In this document: positions 25,965-35,473 of the stretch, piece by piece
Numbering within the stretch: the first letter of the stretch is position 1
How the letters are laid out: each line of letters starts with the position of its first letter
Source of the DNA: a virus
Reading direction: 5' to 3' (one strand)
Length of the DNA: 64,000 bases
Virus record (IMG/VR): IMGVR_UViG_3300029787_000010
Location: 1-64,000 of that record
Notes under the pieces: generated by a model
Told to the model about the DNA's origin: nothing
What the model saw: only the letters and a program-made list of their open reading frames with translations
Databases searched by the model: none
Position numbers and translations under genes: made by a program

Positions 25965-27209
25965 ATGAGCAACGAATGGAAAGACAAAATCCGAGGCTAT
26001 GCCGAACGGATGAGCAAGACAGAAGAAGAAGCGATGAAGGAGTTCAAGGACTGGGTGCAAACCGAGTTCTCTACTTCCATTGAAGGTGAAGACGAATACT
26101 TCGTCAACGAATGGGCAGAAATGTTCGTGATTGAAACCCGAAACTTGGGACGAAGCGGCGGTGGTAGAGACACTGTTACCTTCATGGGACACATCACCGG
26201 ACTGAACGACAGCATCCGTGACCAGCGACAGACACAACGAGAGAAGGCCGTGCAGATGTTCCGTCAAGACCGGGACCGAGCCATCAACCAAGGTTTGATT
26301 GGCATTGTCAAAATCAAAGACGGCGTGTGGCATGTCAACGGCGAGCCCACCAGCGAGCGTGTTGGTGAAGGTCTACCGTGGTTTGGTTTCAAGTGCGACG
26401 ACGCCATTGTCACCCTTCTCAATACCAACCGAGAGTCCCCTTCTCATGGCAAGCCAATGGCCCATGAGAGCAAGGTGCGCTATCTACAGTTCCTCGGCAA
26501 CACGACCAACGAGTTCGTGAACAACCCGAAGATGTGGCGTGTTGCTTTGGGCGGTGAAGACATGACCGCTTCTTACAAACTCGGTCAACTGTGTGAGATT
26601 CAAGTGGTTCCCTCTTCCAATCAAGAGTCGGACATTCTCTACACCAACCGTTCCTTTGTCAACACGGTCAAGTATGCTGACGCTGGGGACTTGCCCGCTG
26701 ACTTTACAGATGCTGCTCGCTTTTGGGTGAGCAACAAGCACGACTCCTATGTCAACCTCGCCAACTTGTTGGAGGAATACGACGACAGGAAAATCCCCTA
26801 CAACGACGGCTACATCCCACCGACCATCATTACAAAGGGCTACATCAGTCGGATGTCCACTGAACCCTCCAACAACGAGTACGACCAAACAGGTCGTAAC
26901 TTCCGCATCAGTGTCACGAGCCTTGACCTCCAGTCAACCTATGGTCGTGATTCGTCTTTGTCCGAAGTCACGGTATGGATTCCGGGGCGCACCTTTGACG
27001 ACACAAACCCCTTTGAGTTCTTCAACGGGGAGGAGTGGATGCCATATGCTGAGCGCACACAAGTGCTCATTTGTGGTAAGTTGAAGTCCCGAAAGTTCCG
27101 TGATGACATGGTGCCCAGCCTTACTGCACTGGGTATCTATGTTCCCCCACGAACGGCCCGACCCGGTGCCCGTGGTGGAAACACAGACACATCGCAGTTT
27201 GAGGAGTGA
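25965..27209 (+). CDS. Putative RPA-like ssDNA-binding protein (OB folds)
   Basis: Position between RFC and ATPase/clamp; beta-rich; acidic/aromatic tail DTSQFEE; no diagnostic motif. Confidence 0.5.
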   Translation: MSNEWKDKIRGYAERMSKTEEEAMKEFKDWVQTEFSTSIEGEDEYFVNEWAEMFVIETRNLGRSGGGRDTVTFMGHITGLNDSIRDQRQTQREKAVQMFRQDRDRAINQGLIGIVKIKDGVWHVNGEPTSERVGEGLPWFGFKCDDAIVTLLNTNRESPSHGKPMAHESKVRYLQFLGNTTNEFVNNPKMWRVALGGEDMTASYKLGQLCEIQVVPSSNQESDILYTNRSFVNTVKYADAGDLPADFTDAARFWVSNKHDSYVNLANLLEEYDDRKIPYNDGYIPPTIITKGYISRMSTEPSNNEYDQTGRNFRISVTSLDLQSTYGRDSSLSEVTVWIPGRTFDDTNPFEFFNGEEWMPYAERTQVLICGKLKSRKFRDDMVPSLTALGIYVPPRTARPGARGGNTDTSQFEE

Positions 27210-27214
27210 AGAAC

Positions 27215-28258
27215 ATGAGTGCATTTGACATTTTGAAGAAACACATTGCCGAGCAAGACCAAGCCCAAGAGGCGGAAGAACCAGTCGTGGACGAAGCACA
27301 GACTACCCTTCCGCTGAATGAGCCAGCCGAACCTACCGTCAACGAGGTAGCGCCTACTGAGGCCAAGCCCTTGTATCAAAACAGTAACTATCCCCAACTC
27401 CTCAAGGAGTTCAAGGAGCAGGCTGCCATCAACGGCTCGCCCATTTTCATGGGCATTGGTGGACACAGTGGTCGGGGCAAGACCGGTATCGCTATGGATG
27501 CTTTCATGCACTACCGCAAGGACAACGAGATGATGTGGTGCTACGACTTTGACTTTGGTGCCAACGACTGCAAGCAAGCCCACTACCCCGGTGCTGATGA
27601 CATTATCCGCATTTGGAACCCGTGGGTCACACAGCCCAACGACCGCACTGCCTTTGACTACCCCAAGACTCACCAGCGTGTTATGGACCTGTGTCGCTTT
27701 GCGATTGAGTATGCCAAGAAACAGAAAGAGCCCGGCTTCAACGGGCAAGTTCTCAAGGCCCTGCTTGTCACTGCTGTTGACCAGTTTGACAATGTGTGCA
27801 TCAACAACATGAAAATCTACGACCTTGAGATGGATGCCAAGGACGCTATTGAGGCAGCCGCTTCCAAACTCAACAAAGAAATCGGTTGGAACTGGAGCAT
27901 CCGGAAGACTCGTTTCAAGCAACTGACTGCACTGTGCCGACAGTTGAACTTCCTTGGCGTGGATGTCTTTTGGGAGACACACATCAAATCGGGTGAAGAC
28001 GAGTACAGTCACGATGGCTGGAAGTTCGTGTGGGAGAAGGACGCCAACAACGACCTTACCCAAATCCTGTGGTGCAAAGACGAGGTTGTCCGAGACGAGG
28101 ACGGCAAGCCTACTGGCGAAACCCGATACAAGGTTGAGTTCACCAAGTGCAAGACGAACGCTGACCTCCAAGGTCAAGAGCGGACCTTCTTCGTCACCAA
28201 GAAAGGACAGCCGGCCGAATGGCTTGGCCTCGCCGAACTCCGCTCTCGCAGTGTGTGA
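27215..28258 (+). CDS. RecA-superfamily P-loop ATPase (RadA/Sak4-like)
   Basis: Walker A GHSGRGKT; Walker-B-like LLVTAVD; C-terminal KCK; acidic disordered N-terminus. Confidence 0.7.
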   Translation: MSAFDILKKHIAEQDQAQEAEEPVVDEAQTTLPLNEPAEPTVNEVAPTEAKPLYQNSNYPQLLKEFKEQAAINGSPIFMGIGGHSGRGKTGIAMDAFMHYRKDNEMMWCYDFDFGANDCKQAHYPGADDIIRIWNPWVTQPNDRTAFDYPKTHQRVMDLCRFAIEYAKKQKEPGFNGQVLKALLVTAVDQFDNVCINNMKIYDLEMDAKDAIEAAASKLNKEIGWNWSIRKTRFKQLTALCRQLNFLGVDVFWETHIKSGEDEYSHDGWKFVWEKDANNDLTQILWCKDEVVRDEDGKPTGETRYKVEFTKCKTNADLQGQERTFFVTKKGQPAEWLGLAELRSRSV

Positions 28259-28267
28259 GGTGGTTGA

Positions 28268-29026
28268 ATGCCATCTTTCACAGCGAGCCGGAAGGAGTTG
28301 CTGTCGTTTATTGACACCTTCTCCAAAGGCGTGGACAACCTTGCCATCCGAGTCAAGGCTGAGCAAATCACCGTGGCGGTCGGTGCATTGACGCATTACC
28401 TGCGTCGCAGCATGGACTGCCACGACGGGGACACCGGGAAAATCTACATCTCGGACCTCGTGCGATTCAGCGAGTTCTTGAAGGCGACGAAGGCTGCGGA
28501 AGTTACAGTCAGCCAGTCTGCACGAGGCAGACCAATACAGGTGAAGGCCGGACGGTCCAGCCTTGAATTGCCGTCGTCTACCTACATCGCCTCCGAGACT
28601 GATGTCCCACTCATTGAGCGTGTCGTCGGCAAAGCCGAGGACAACATGTGGCAGTCGTTTGGCGAAGCCAATCTACCCGCCTGTGGCAATGTCACTGGGA
28701 CAGACCTCTACGGCATCAGCAAAGCGAGCAAGGTTATCGGGTCGGGCATCACCTGCAAGGTAGACTACCGGCCCAAAGACACTGAGTTGGCGCTGATGGC
28801 CGAGCAGAAGAACAAAGGAAAAATGTTCGCCGCTGTGGAGGCCGAGCCTATCAGCGGTACGGCGGAGTCCTACCAATCACACTACGCTCACTGGCTCCCC
28901 GAACTCCTCAACACCGTTCCCGACAGTGTGGTGCAGTTTCACATGGGTGAAAGTGCCCCGTTTGTGGTGAGAGACTTAGACGGCTCATACCTCCTCATCG
29001 TATTTGACCAAGAGGTGGACGAATGA
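28268..29026 (+). CDS. Sliding clamp (PCNA-like)
   Basis: 252 aa, two-domain alpha/beta pattern ending FHMGESAPFVV...YLLIVF; lies between RFC and PolB. Confidence 0.65.
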   Translation: MPSFTASRKELLSFIDTFSKGVDNLAIRVKAEQITVAVGALTHYLRRSMDCHDGDTGKIYISDLVRFSEFLKATKAAEVTVSQSARGRPIQVKAGRSSLELPSSTYIASETDVPLIERVVGKAEDNMWQSFGEANLPACGNVTGTDLYGISKASKVIGSGITCKVDYRPKDTELALMAEQKNKGKMFAAVEAEPISGTAESYQSHYAHWLPELLNTVPDSVVQFHMGESAPFVVRDLDGSYLLIVFDQEVDE

Positions 29027-29187
29027 GGCGAGATGTTTGCTGGCTCTGTGGAGGCCGCCTCATTTGGGGAGCGGACTTCAATCCCGAAGACTACGGCTAT
29101 GAGGGCGACGGCATTGTCGCTACTCTCCACTGCTCCGATTGTGGGGCCGAAGTGACCTATGTTCAAATACACGAGGAAGAAGAATGA
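29023..29187 (+). CDS. Zn-ribbon microprotein (54 aa)
   Basis: MRRDVCWLCGGRLIWGAD...LHCSDCGAEV..EEEE; ATGA overlaps at both ends. Confidence 0.8.
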   Translation: MRRDVCWLCGGRLIWGADFNPEDYGYEGDGIVATLHCSDCGAEVTYVQIHEEEE

Positions 29188-31574
29188 TTGTTGACAACTA
29201 CCTGCCCGACTACGACGGAAGAGATGTACTCTACTGTCGCTGGAGGTCTGTGGACGGGACGCTAATTGAGCGGAATGTTACAGACTTTGAGCCCTACTTT
29301 TGGGTCAAGGCTGACACAGACCCCCGCCTCATCAAGCACTTGGTGGACCGATACCCCGGCTCACGAGTGGACCGGGAGGCGAAGGCTGTCGGGATAGGTG
29401 GTGAGAACCTTATCAAAATCATACCGTATCGCCAAGGCGATGTGTACCCCATGCGAAAAGAGATGACATCGTGGGAGGGCGACTTGACGCTACCCGACCG
29501 ATTCCTCATGGACCGCTACGATACGATGCCCGAATGGAAGCCGAGAGTGTGGCACCTTGACCTTGAGTGGGACCCGAAGGAAGACTTCACGACAGTGATA
29601 GGCATTGCTGACAACTACAGTGACGAGCGCATCGCTTTCTGCTGGTCGGAAGAATCAGCCAAATCACTGGGCGATGACGAGTTTATTGAAACAATCCGCT
29701 CCATGTCATGGGAGAACAGCAAGGGTGTAGAAAGCACGCTCAAATACCGCAGAGTCCTTTGTAACTCGGAGGCTTCTGTCTACAAAGAGTTCCTTGCTTA
29801 CCTTGAGAAGTGCGACCCCGATGTGCTGGTGGCCCACGCTCTCATGTGGGCTGACCTCCCTCACATCATCCGACGCCTTGACAACAAGGATGTTCTCGGC
29901 AAGGGCCTGTTTCGGAAACTCAGCCCACTCAATCGGGTGCGTAAGCCCGACAAAGAGAAGGGCTACGATTACACTGACCAGCCTGTTCGCGGGCGGCTGT
30001 GCTTTGATACGGCTGCCCCACTCAGCAGCGGCACTGGCTTTGAACGGGTGTGGAAAGACAGCGGTAAACCCCAGTTAGCCAGCCGAAAGTTGGACCACAT
30101 CACGGGAGAAGATGTACTGGACTACGGTGGCAAGTTGGAGATGGATGTCTTCACAGGTTGGTACGAACGCTTTGACGAGTTCGTAGACTACTGTATGCGG
30201 GATGTAGAACTGCTCAAAATGGTGGACGAACGCAACCACATCCTTGAGTTTTACATGTCGCTCCAGCAAGTCTGCGGCGTCAGTTTCCCCTCCTGTCACA
30301 ATGTCACTCGCTTTGCACGGGGCCTCATCAGTCGCCGGACTGATTGGAAACCCCCGACACTAAGCCCTCATTCCAAAGCCGAATTTGAGGGTGCTTACAT
30401 TCCACCCCCTACACCGGGTCGCTACGAGGGCGTCGCCTGTGTGGATTACAAGGGGCTCTACCCCTCACTCATCCTTAGTCACAACCTCTCATGGGAGTCA
30501 CAAGTTGACCGAGAGTATCGCTTTGACGATGATGTAAGGGAACTGCCGGACGGTACCTGTTGGCGACAGGGCGAGCCGGCTCTATTACCTCGCATCGTCA
30601 CTGAGATGTTTGAACTCCGAGATGAATACAAACGCCGCATGCGTGAATCCAAGAGCGACACAGAACGCTCCGGTTGGAACACCATGCAACTGGCAGTAAA
30701 GCGCGTCATGGCGAGCCTATACGGTATGTGCGCCAGCACCTACTGGGGTTGGTCGGCTCCTGCCATCGCCAGTGCCATCACGGCCTGTGGTCGTGAGGCT
30801 ATCCGATTCCTTATGGAAGAGTCCGAGAAGCAGGGCTACAGTGCTCTGTACGGTCACACCGACTCGGCCTTTGTCCAAATCCCATTTGATGAAGCCCCTG
30901 CTCTTGCCCGCCATTTGACAGAGACGGTTCAACGAGAACACCAAGCCAATGCCCTCTATGTGGAATTTGAAGCCTACATGCCTTATTGGATTGTAGGCGG
31001 AAAGAACCTCTACTACGGCGTGTGCTCATGGCCACCCGAGGACGAAGGTAAAGCCAAATCAGCACGCTGGGGTAAAATCAGCACGCTTGCTCCTGTGTCT
31101 CGCACCCTTGAGCGAGATGTACTCACCAAAGTGTGTAGTGGGGCCAATGAGAACGAAGTCGTGGACCATGTGCGAGGTATCAGTCTCGGTATCATGCAGG
31201 GTGACTACGCCATTGCCGATGTTGCAGGCGTCACCCGTATTCAAAAGTCATTGGACCAATACCAAGAAAGCGTGGGTGTGTCCGGAGTCAAAGGTGCCCG
31301 TTATTACAACCTCCATCTCGCTGAAAAAAGCGTTCATCCCAAGTTCAAGAAGGGAGATAGCACCAAATGGGTCTATGTGAGCGAGTCGCCTCAAGGAATG
31401 CCGCCCACTGACATCGTCTCTTATCATGAAGAAGAGGAGTTGAAAGACTTCACTCTTGACTACGACAAAATGGTGGACAAATTGGTGTCCCAAAAAATCA
31501 AACCTATTTTCAATGCACTCGGCTGGTCGCTGGACTACGCCACAGGGAAGCCAAAACCCAAGAAATACTGGTAG
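29184..31574 (+). CDS. polB: Family B DNA polymerase
   Basis: Exo motifs DLE, ADLP, YCMRD; polymerase motifs DYKGLYPS, KRVMASLYG, YGHTDS; start moved to ATG 29184. Confidence 0.97.
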   Translation: MIVDNYLPDYDGRDVLYCRWRSVDGTLIERNVTDFEPYFWVKADTDPRLIKHLVDRYPGSRVDREAKAVGIGGENLIKIIPYRQGDVYPMRKEMTSWEGDLTLPDRFLMDRYDTMPEWKPRVWHLDLEWDPKEDFTTVIGIADNYSDERIAFCWSEESAKSLGDDEFIETIRSMSWENSKGVESTLKYRRVLCNSEASVYKEFLAYLEKCDPDVLVAHALMWADLPHIIRRLDNKDVLGKGLFRKLSPLNRVRKPDKEKGYDYTDQPVRGRLCFDTAAPLSSGTGFERVWKDSGKPQLASRKLDHITGEDVLDYGGKLEMDVFTGWYERFDEFVDYCMRDVELLKMVDERNHILEFYMSLQQVCGVSFPSCHNVTRFARGLISRRTDWKPPTLSPHSKAEFEGAYIPPPTPGRYEGVACVDYKGLYPSLILSHNLSWESQVDREYRFDDDVRELPDGTCWRQGEPALLPRIVTEMFELRDEYKRRMRESKSDTERSGWNTMQLAVKRVMASLYGMCASTYWGWSAPAIASAITACGREAIRFLMEESEKQGYSALYGHTDSAFVQIPFDEAPALARHLTETVQREHQANALYVEFEAYMPYWIVGGKNLYYGVCSWPPEDEGKAKSARWGKISTLAPVSRTLERDVLTKVCSGANENEVVDHVRGISLGIMQGDYAIADVAGVTRIQKSLDQYQESVGVSGVKGARYYNLHLAEKSVHPKFKKGDSTKWVYVSESPQGMPPTDIVSYHEEEELKDFTLDYDKMVDKLVSQKIKPIFNALGWSLDYATGKPKPKKYW

Positions 31575-31607
31575 CATTGAAATAGTAGACTAAAGTGGTG
31601 AAAAATT

Positions 31608-32156
31608 ATGCGCAACATTGACGAAGAAATCAAACGAACGATTGGAGACAACCCCGGCTTGGGCCGTAGTGACTTGGTAAAGAAATCCGACTTGCTGCAA
31701 ACCAAGAGCAGCCAATACATTGGGCTGCGCCTACGGGAACTGGTGAAACAAGGCATCATCCGGAAAGAGGGTAAAAAGAAGGGAACGAAATACTTCCCTC
31801 ATTCGCCAAATGAGCCAGCCAACTCAAACAAACTGGTGTCCTCTGCCCGTATTATCCAAGTCTTTGATGAAGTGAAGCGGATGGTCGTAGCCAAGAATCA
31901 AGCCTATGGCGACAGCGTCTTTGAGCCCCTACGGGTGTTCTACAAAGGCGGCGCTCAACCGGCTGACCTCATCCGTATTCGGATGGACGACAAAATCAGC
32001 CGCCTCATTCAAGGCAGTGAGGGCATTGAGAATGACGAGGATGTCATCAAGGACTTGATGGGCTACTGTGCTATCCTGCTGGTCGCCATGCGCCAAGGGC
32101 AAACACGGTTGGACGAGTACGAATACTTCAAGTTCAACCCCAAGTACAACAAGTGA
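31608..32156 (+). CDS. Winged-HTH fused to a DUF1599/Nmad1-like all-alpha domain
   Basis: LRELVKQGIIRKEG..KGTKY (wHTH); KNQAYGDS...IRMDDKISRL...DLMGY (Nmad1-like). Confidence 0.75.
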   Translation: MRNIDEEIKRTIGDNPGLGRSDLVKKSDLLQTKSSQYIGLRLRELVKQGIIRKEGKKKGTKYFPHSPNEPANSNKLVSSARIIQVFDEVKRMVVAKNQAYGDSVFEPLRVFYKGGAQPADLIRIRMDDKISRLIQGSEGIENDEDVIKDLMGYCAILLVAMRQGQTRLDEYEYFKFNPKYNK

Positions 32157-32165
32157 GGTGATAAA

Positions 32166-33155
32166 ATGAGTGACAGGAATTGGGAAGCATATGCTAAATC
32201 CACCTACCAGTGGAAACAGGGAGACGAAAAGTACCTGCGCATGACCAAGACCAGTCTTACCAGCGACTTCGGCTACTGCCGCTTCCAATACAAGAAGAAG
32301 CGCATTGAGGGTCGCAAGTCCCCTACTACAGACGCCATGACCCGTGGGACAAATGTCCACGACGCCATGGAGGAGTTCTACATCAATGTCCGACCTGTTT
32401 ACAAAAAGGCACACTCACTACTCAAGAAGCAAGACCGTGAGGGGGCCAAGGCTCTCCTTATGGACGCCCTTCCTACACCGGAGGAGCCGTACCACTTGGG
32501 CGAAGAGCCCATCATTGAACAACGCATTGATTGGGAACTGGTTCGCCTTGAAGCGGACCCCGACCGATTCCTCCCCATCATCAATGAGTTGGAGGTCCAC
32601 GCCTTCGTGGATGTCCCATTCAACTTTAACGGTGAAGAACTGAGCATCCCTGTGCACTTCGCAGGCAGTATTGACCGGGGCTACCACACCGAAGAGGATA
32701 AGGTGGCCCTCATGGAATTGAAGACTGGTAAGTGGGTCGGGACCAATTTCAAGGTCCGAAGTATGAGGAAGGAGATGGCCTTCTATTGGGACTTGCTTCG
32801 CAAGGCTGACCACCCCTTACAAGATGTCACGCATTGGGGTTGGTTCTACCCTGCTGGTTACAGGGAAGACGCAGCCGGCTCCGAGAACCATGTGGCTTAC
32901 GAGAAGGTAAGTAAGCGATACCTCACAACAATCAGCAAAGCCGTCAACGAACTGATTGAGGCATATCTCACTGACAACTTCCCACCTCAGCCGTCCACCG
33001 GTAAATGCGCTTATTGCGATTTTGTAGACGAGTGCCCCGCATGGGCTGAGGGTGGCGACATCTACTGGAAAGGCGGGTGGGGCAACACGCTGACATCAAA
33101 GAGTGCTGCCCAACGACTCAAAGAATTGGAAGAAAAGAAGGAGGCGAAGAAATGA
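32166..33155 (+). CDS. Cas4/AddB-like PD-(D/E)xK exonuclease with Fe-S cysteines
   Basis: YC, RGTNVH, GSIDR, ELKTG, EMAFY, CAYCDFVDEC. Confidence 0.88.
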   Translation: MSDRNWEAYAKSTYQWKQGDEKYLRMTKTSLTSDFGYCRFQYKKKRIEGRKSPTTDAMTRGTNVHDAMEEFYINVRPVYKKAHSLLKKQDREGAKALLMDALPTPEEPYHLGEEPIIEQRIDWELVRLEADPDRFLPIINELEVHAFVDVPFNFNGEELSIPVHFAGSIDRGYHTEEDKVALMELKTGKWVGTNFKVRSMRKEMAFYWDLLRKADHPLQDVTHWGWFYPAGYREDAAGSENHVAYEKVSKRYLTTISKAVNELIEAYLTDNFPPQPSTGKCAYCDFVDECPAWAEGGDIYWKGGWGNTLTSKSAAQRLKELEEKKEAKK

Positions 33156-33451
33156 ATGACGCAATGAACAAAATAGCCCAGTGCATTGAATACCATCTAC
33201 ATGACAAGTTTGGCATGATTAGCCAAATCAAATGGGAGCACATGGGAAAGGACAAGCGCCTTTCTGTATCATGTAACAGAACTCTCGCTGACTACTCGGG
33301 TGAGCAATCTAATCCTCACCCCTTCCTACTTGCAGAAATCGTGTTGAGCCCACGACTGATGTTGCCGGACGAAGACATTCAAATGAATGACATCATGCGG
33401 TCACTTGACGATATGATAAAGAGAGTGAAGAATCGTGCAGTTGAAACTTGA
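33152..33451 (+). CDS. Hypothetical protein (99 aa)
   Basis: Start at ATG 33152 (ATGA overlap, GGAGG RBS). Confidence 0.7.
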   Translation: MNDAMNKIAQCIEYHLHDKFGMISQIKWEHMGKDKRLSVSCNRTLADYSGEQSNPHPFLLAEIVLSPRLMLPDEDIQMNDIMRSLDDMIKRVKNRAVET

Positions 33452-34538
33452 TTATCCGCGAGAAGTCCTTGAACTCAGTACAGAAAAGGGAAGAGGCTAC
33501 AGGAAACTGGTCAACAGCAAAGAGCAGTTTGAACGATACTGGGCTGGTAAGAATGGTGTGTCTAACGCCTACATGACTGTGTATGGCTACCGTGCTACAG
33601 AAGCCCCTCACCATCGTAGGGTAAACCTCTACACGCCTATCATCCGGCACTTCGTGATGGACTTTGATGCTATCAATTTCCGAGACAGGAACCGTGCTAC
33701 AGTAGAGCCCGAAATACCACTGGAGCAAACGCTTCGCCTGCATCGGCACCTCCTTGAGCAAGACATCCGGCACGGGATTTGGTTCAGTGGAGGCGGCTTT
33801 CATGTGTGGGTGGCGCTGGATGAAACACTGACTCCGGGCGACGGCCCCCACCTATCGGCTGTCAAGGAGGCTGGCATTCAACTGGTCAATGATTGGGTCA
33901 AGGACATGGATTTGTACTGCTGTGACCCAATGGTGCCGTTTGATACGAGTGGCTTAATTCGCATCCCCAACTCTTTCAACGCCAAGCGTGGCTTTTGGAG
34001 CATCCCTGTTAGCACCGAAGACTTGGAGGCCGGACATCAGCACATTATTTTTGAAGCGATGGATGCCAAAAGCGGCTACCAAGAGTATGGCTCAAAAGGC
34101 ATCAAACTCACCATCCGACCAGTCACTGAAAAGGTGCAGATATTCAACAACTCGGACAAGGTACTGGACTTGCCAACTGTTCGTATGAACGGCGTTATCA
34201 TTCTCCCATGCTTGAATCAAGCAGCCTGCCAAATAGGTGGCAACCCGAGCCACGATGCTCGTGTCCAGTTGGTCAAATACCTCGCTAAGCGGAAGCGAAA
34301 TTTCATGCCGATTGAGCGGTTCACGAAAGAACAATTACAGGAACATGCTGACGAGATTGTTCAGTACCTCATGGGACTCAAATGGGCTGACCAAGATGAA
34401 GGAGTTACTCGTTATCAAGTCAGCACCGTCGTATTCAAAGACTACCCCCAAACATGCAAAATGCTGTGGGGCAAAGGTCTGTGCATAGGGAAATGCAGGT
34501 ATTGGGACAAAACCGGAAGCGGTGAGGTGATAGAATGA
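33435..34538 (+). CDS. Archaeo-eukaryotic primase: PriS catalytic domain fused to a PriL-like Fe-S C-terminal domain
   Basis: MDFD, SGGGFH, D....RIPNS; C-terminal LPC...HDAR...TRYQV...TC....LC..KC. Confidence 0.88.
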   Translation: MQLKLDYPREVLELSTEKGRGYRKLVNSKEQFERYWAGKNGVSNAYMTVYGYRATEAPHHRRVNLYTPIIRHFVMDFDAINFRDRNRATVEPEIPLEQTLRLHRHLLEQDIRHGIWFSGGGFHVWVALDETLTPGDGPHLSAVKEAGIQLVNDWVKDMDLYCCDPMVPFDTSGLIRIPNSFNAKRGFWSIPVSTEDLEAGHQHIIFEAMDAKSGYQEYGSKGIKLTIRPVTEKVQIFNNSDKVLDLPTVRMNGVIILPCLNQAACQIGGNPSHDARVQLVKYLAKRKRNFMPIERFTKEQLQEHADEIVQYLMGLKWADQDEGVTRYQVSTVVFKDYPQTCKMLWGKGLCIGKCRYWDKTGSGEVIE

Positions 34539-34768
34539 CCGAGGATTGGGAATATGAATTGTTGCTGAACATTGACGAGACTTGGAGAACGCGCGCTCAA
34601 TTCTGCAAGCCGAGTGATACGCTACGCAACATGTCGCACCATAAAATCGTCCGCCTCCTTACCAAATTGAGAGGGAAAGGCCTTGTTGAATACCGAAAGG
34701 TGAGCAACAAACACATAGAATACAGGCGTGCTTCAAGACTTCCCGACCATGCGGGGTGCCAAAGTTGA
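34535..34768 (+). CDS. Small winged-HTH protein (77 aa)
   Basis: IVRLLTKLRGKGLVEYRK pattern. Confidence 0.65.
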   Translation: MTEDWEYELLLNIDETWRTRAQFCKPSDTLRNMSHHKIVRLLTKLRGKGLVEYRKVSNKHIEYRRASRLPDHAGCQS

Positions 34769-35472
34769 CGATACCACTGGTAGCGGACAGCAATGAGCGA
34801 GGCCCGCTCTTTGAGGCTGTAGAGCGCATGGCCCGCAAAGAGGGCCTGCTTGTTAAGTCGCAGTTCTTACAGGGCATGGGTGACTACAAGGCCGGAGACG
34901 GGCATATTGAATGTAAGAGCCTCAGTGATTTCTTCCAGTCCAGTCACAGCGGTCACCTATGGAGACAACTGGATAACATGGATGCCAACTGCGGCCGGGT
35001 GTTTCTTGTGGTGCATGGCGACATCGCCAAGTACATCAAAATGGCACAGAATCAAGGGCGCAAGGTATCGTACTCACGAGTGACGAACGAACTCATGGGT
35101 ACCTTCGCACGCATCATGTCTGACTTTGACTGTCACATTTACAAGGCAAAGGACCATGTGGAAGCGGCTATGTTCATTGTGAAACTTCATCAAAAGTTGC
35201 ACAAACCAGCCAGCCGACATGGTGCTAAAGCAATTACGAGAGTATCAACCAATGATGTACGCACGGATTTGCTTCTCTCAATTCCCGGCTTTGGTCCCGA
35301 TTTAGTGAGCAAACTTATCCAAACTTGTGGCAGTATAGAGGAGATGCTTTATGTAGAGTCACTGAAACGGGTCAAAGGTATGGGCCCCGTACTACGGAAA
35401 CGACTCATTGAAGTTTTAACGAGCGAAGAGCCAGTTAAGGTGGAACGGACCTATCAAAAGAAGAGGGAATGA
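34756..35472 (+). CDS. ERCC4/XPF-family nuclease with HhH2 domain
   Basis: ADSNE, GDY, IECKSLSDF; HhH motifs IPGFG and VKGMG. Confidence 0.92.
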   Translation: MPKLTIPLVADSNERGPLFEAVERMARKEGLLVKSQFLQGMGDYKAGDGHIECKSLSDFFQSSHSGHLWRQLDNMDANCGRVFLVVHGDIAKYIKMAQNQGRKVSYSRVTNELMGTFARIMSDFDCHIYKAKDHVEAAMFIVKLHQKLHKPASRHGAKAITRVSTNDVRTDLLLSIPGFGPDLVSKLIQTCGSIEEMLYVESLKRVKGMGPVLRKRLIEVLTSEEPVKVERTYQKKRE

Positions 35473-35473
35473 A

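Noticed and set aside
25870-25968. 32-aa ORF between RFC and the SSB-like gene
   Set aside because: It has ATGA overlaps but also a purine-rich plus TTGATATA promoter-like stretch; cannot distinguish gene from promoter spacer.
91-29183. ORF-track upstream starts (91, 16278, 17275, 20809, 23853, 29139)
   Set aside because: The extensions overlap other genes or hairpins; downstream ATGs have RBS and stop/start coupling.
32166-33155. Cas4-like gene as part of a CRISPR-Cas system
   Set aside because: Solo Cas4-like nucleases are common in archaeal virus replication modules; no cas1/cas2 or array nearby.
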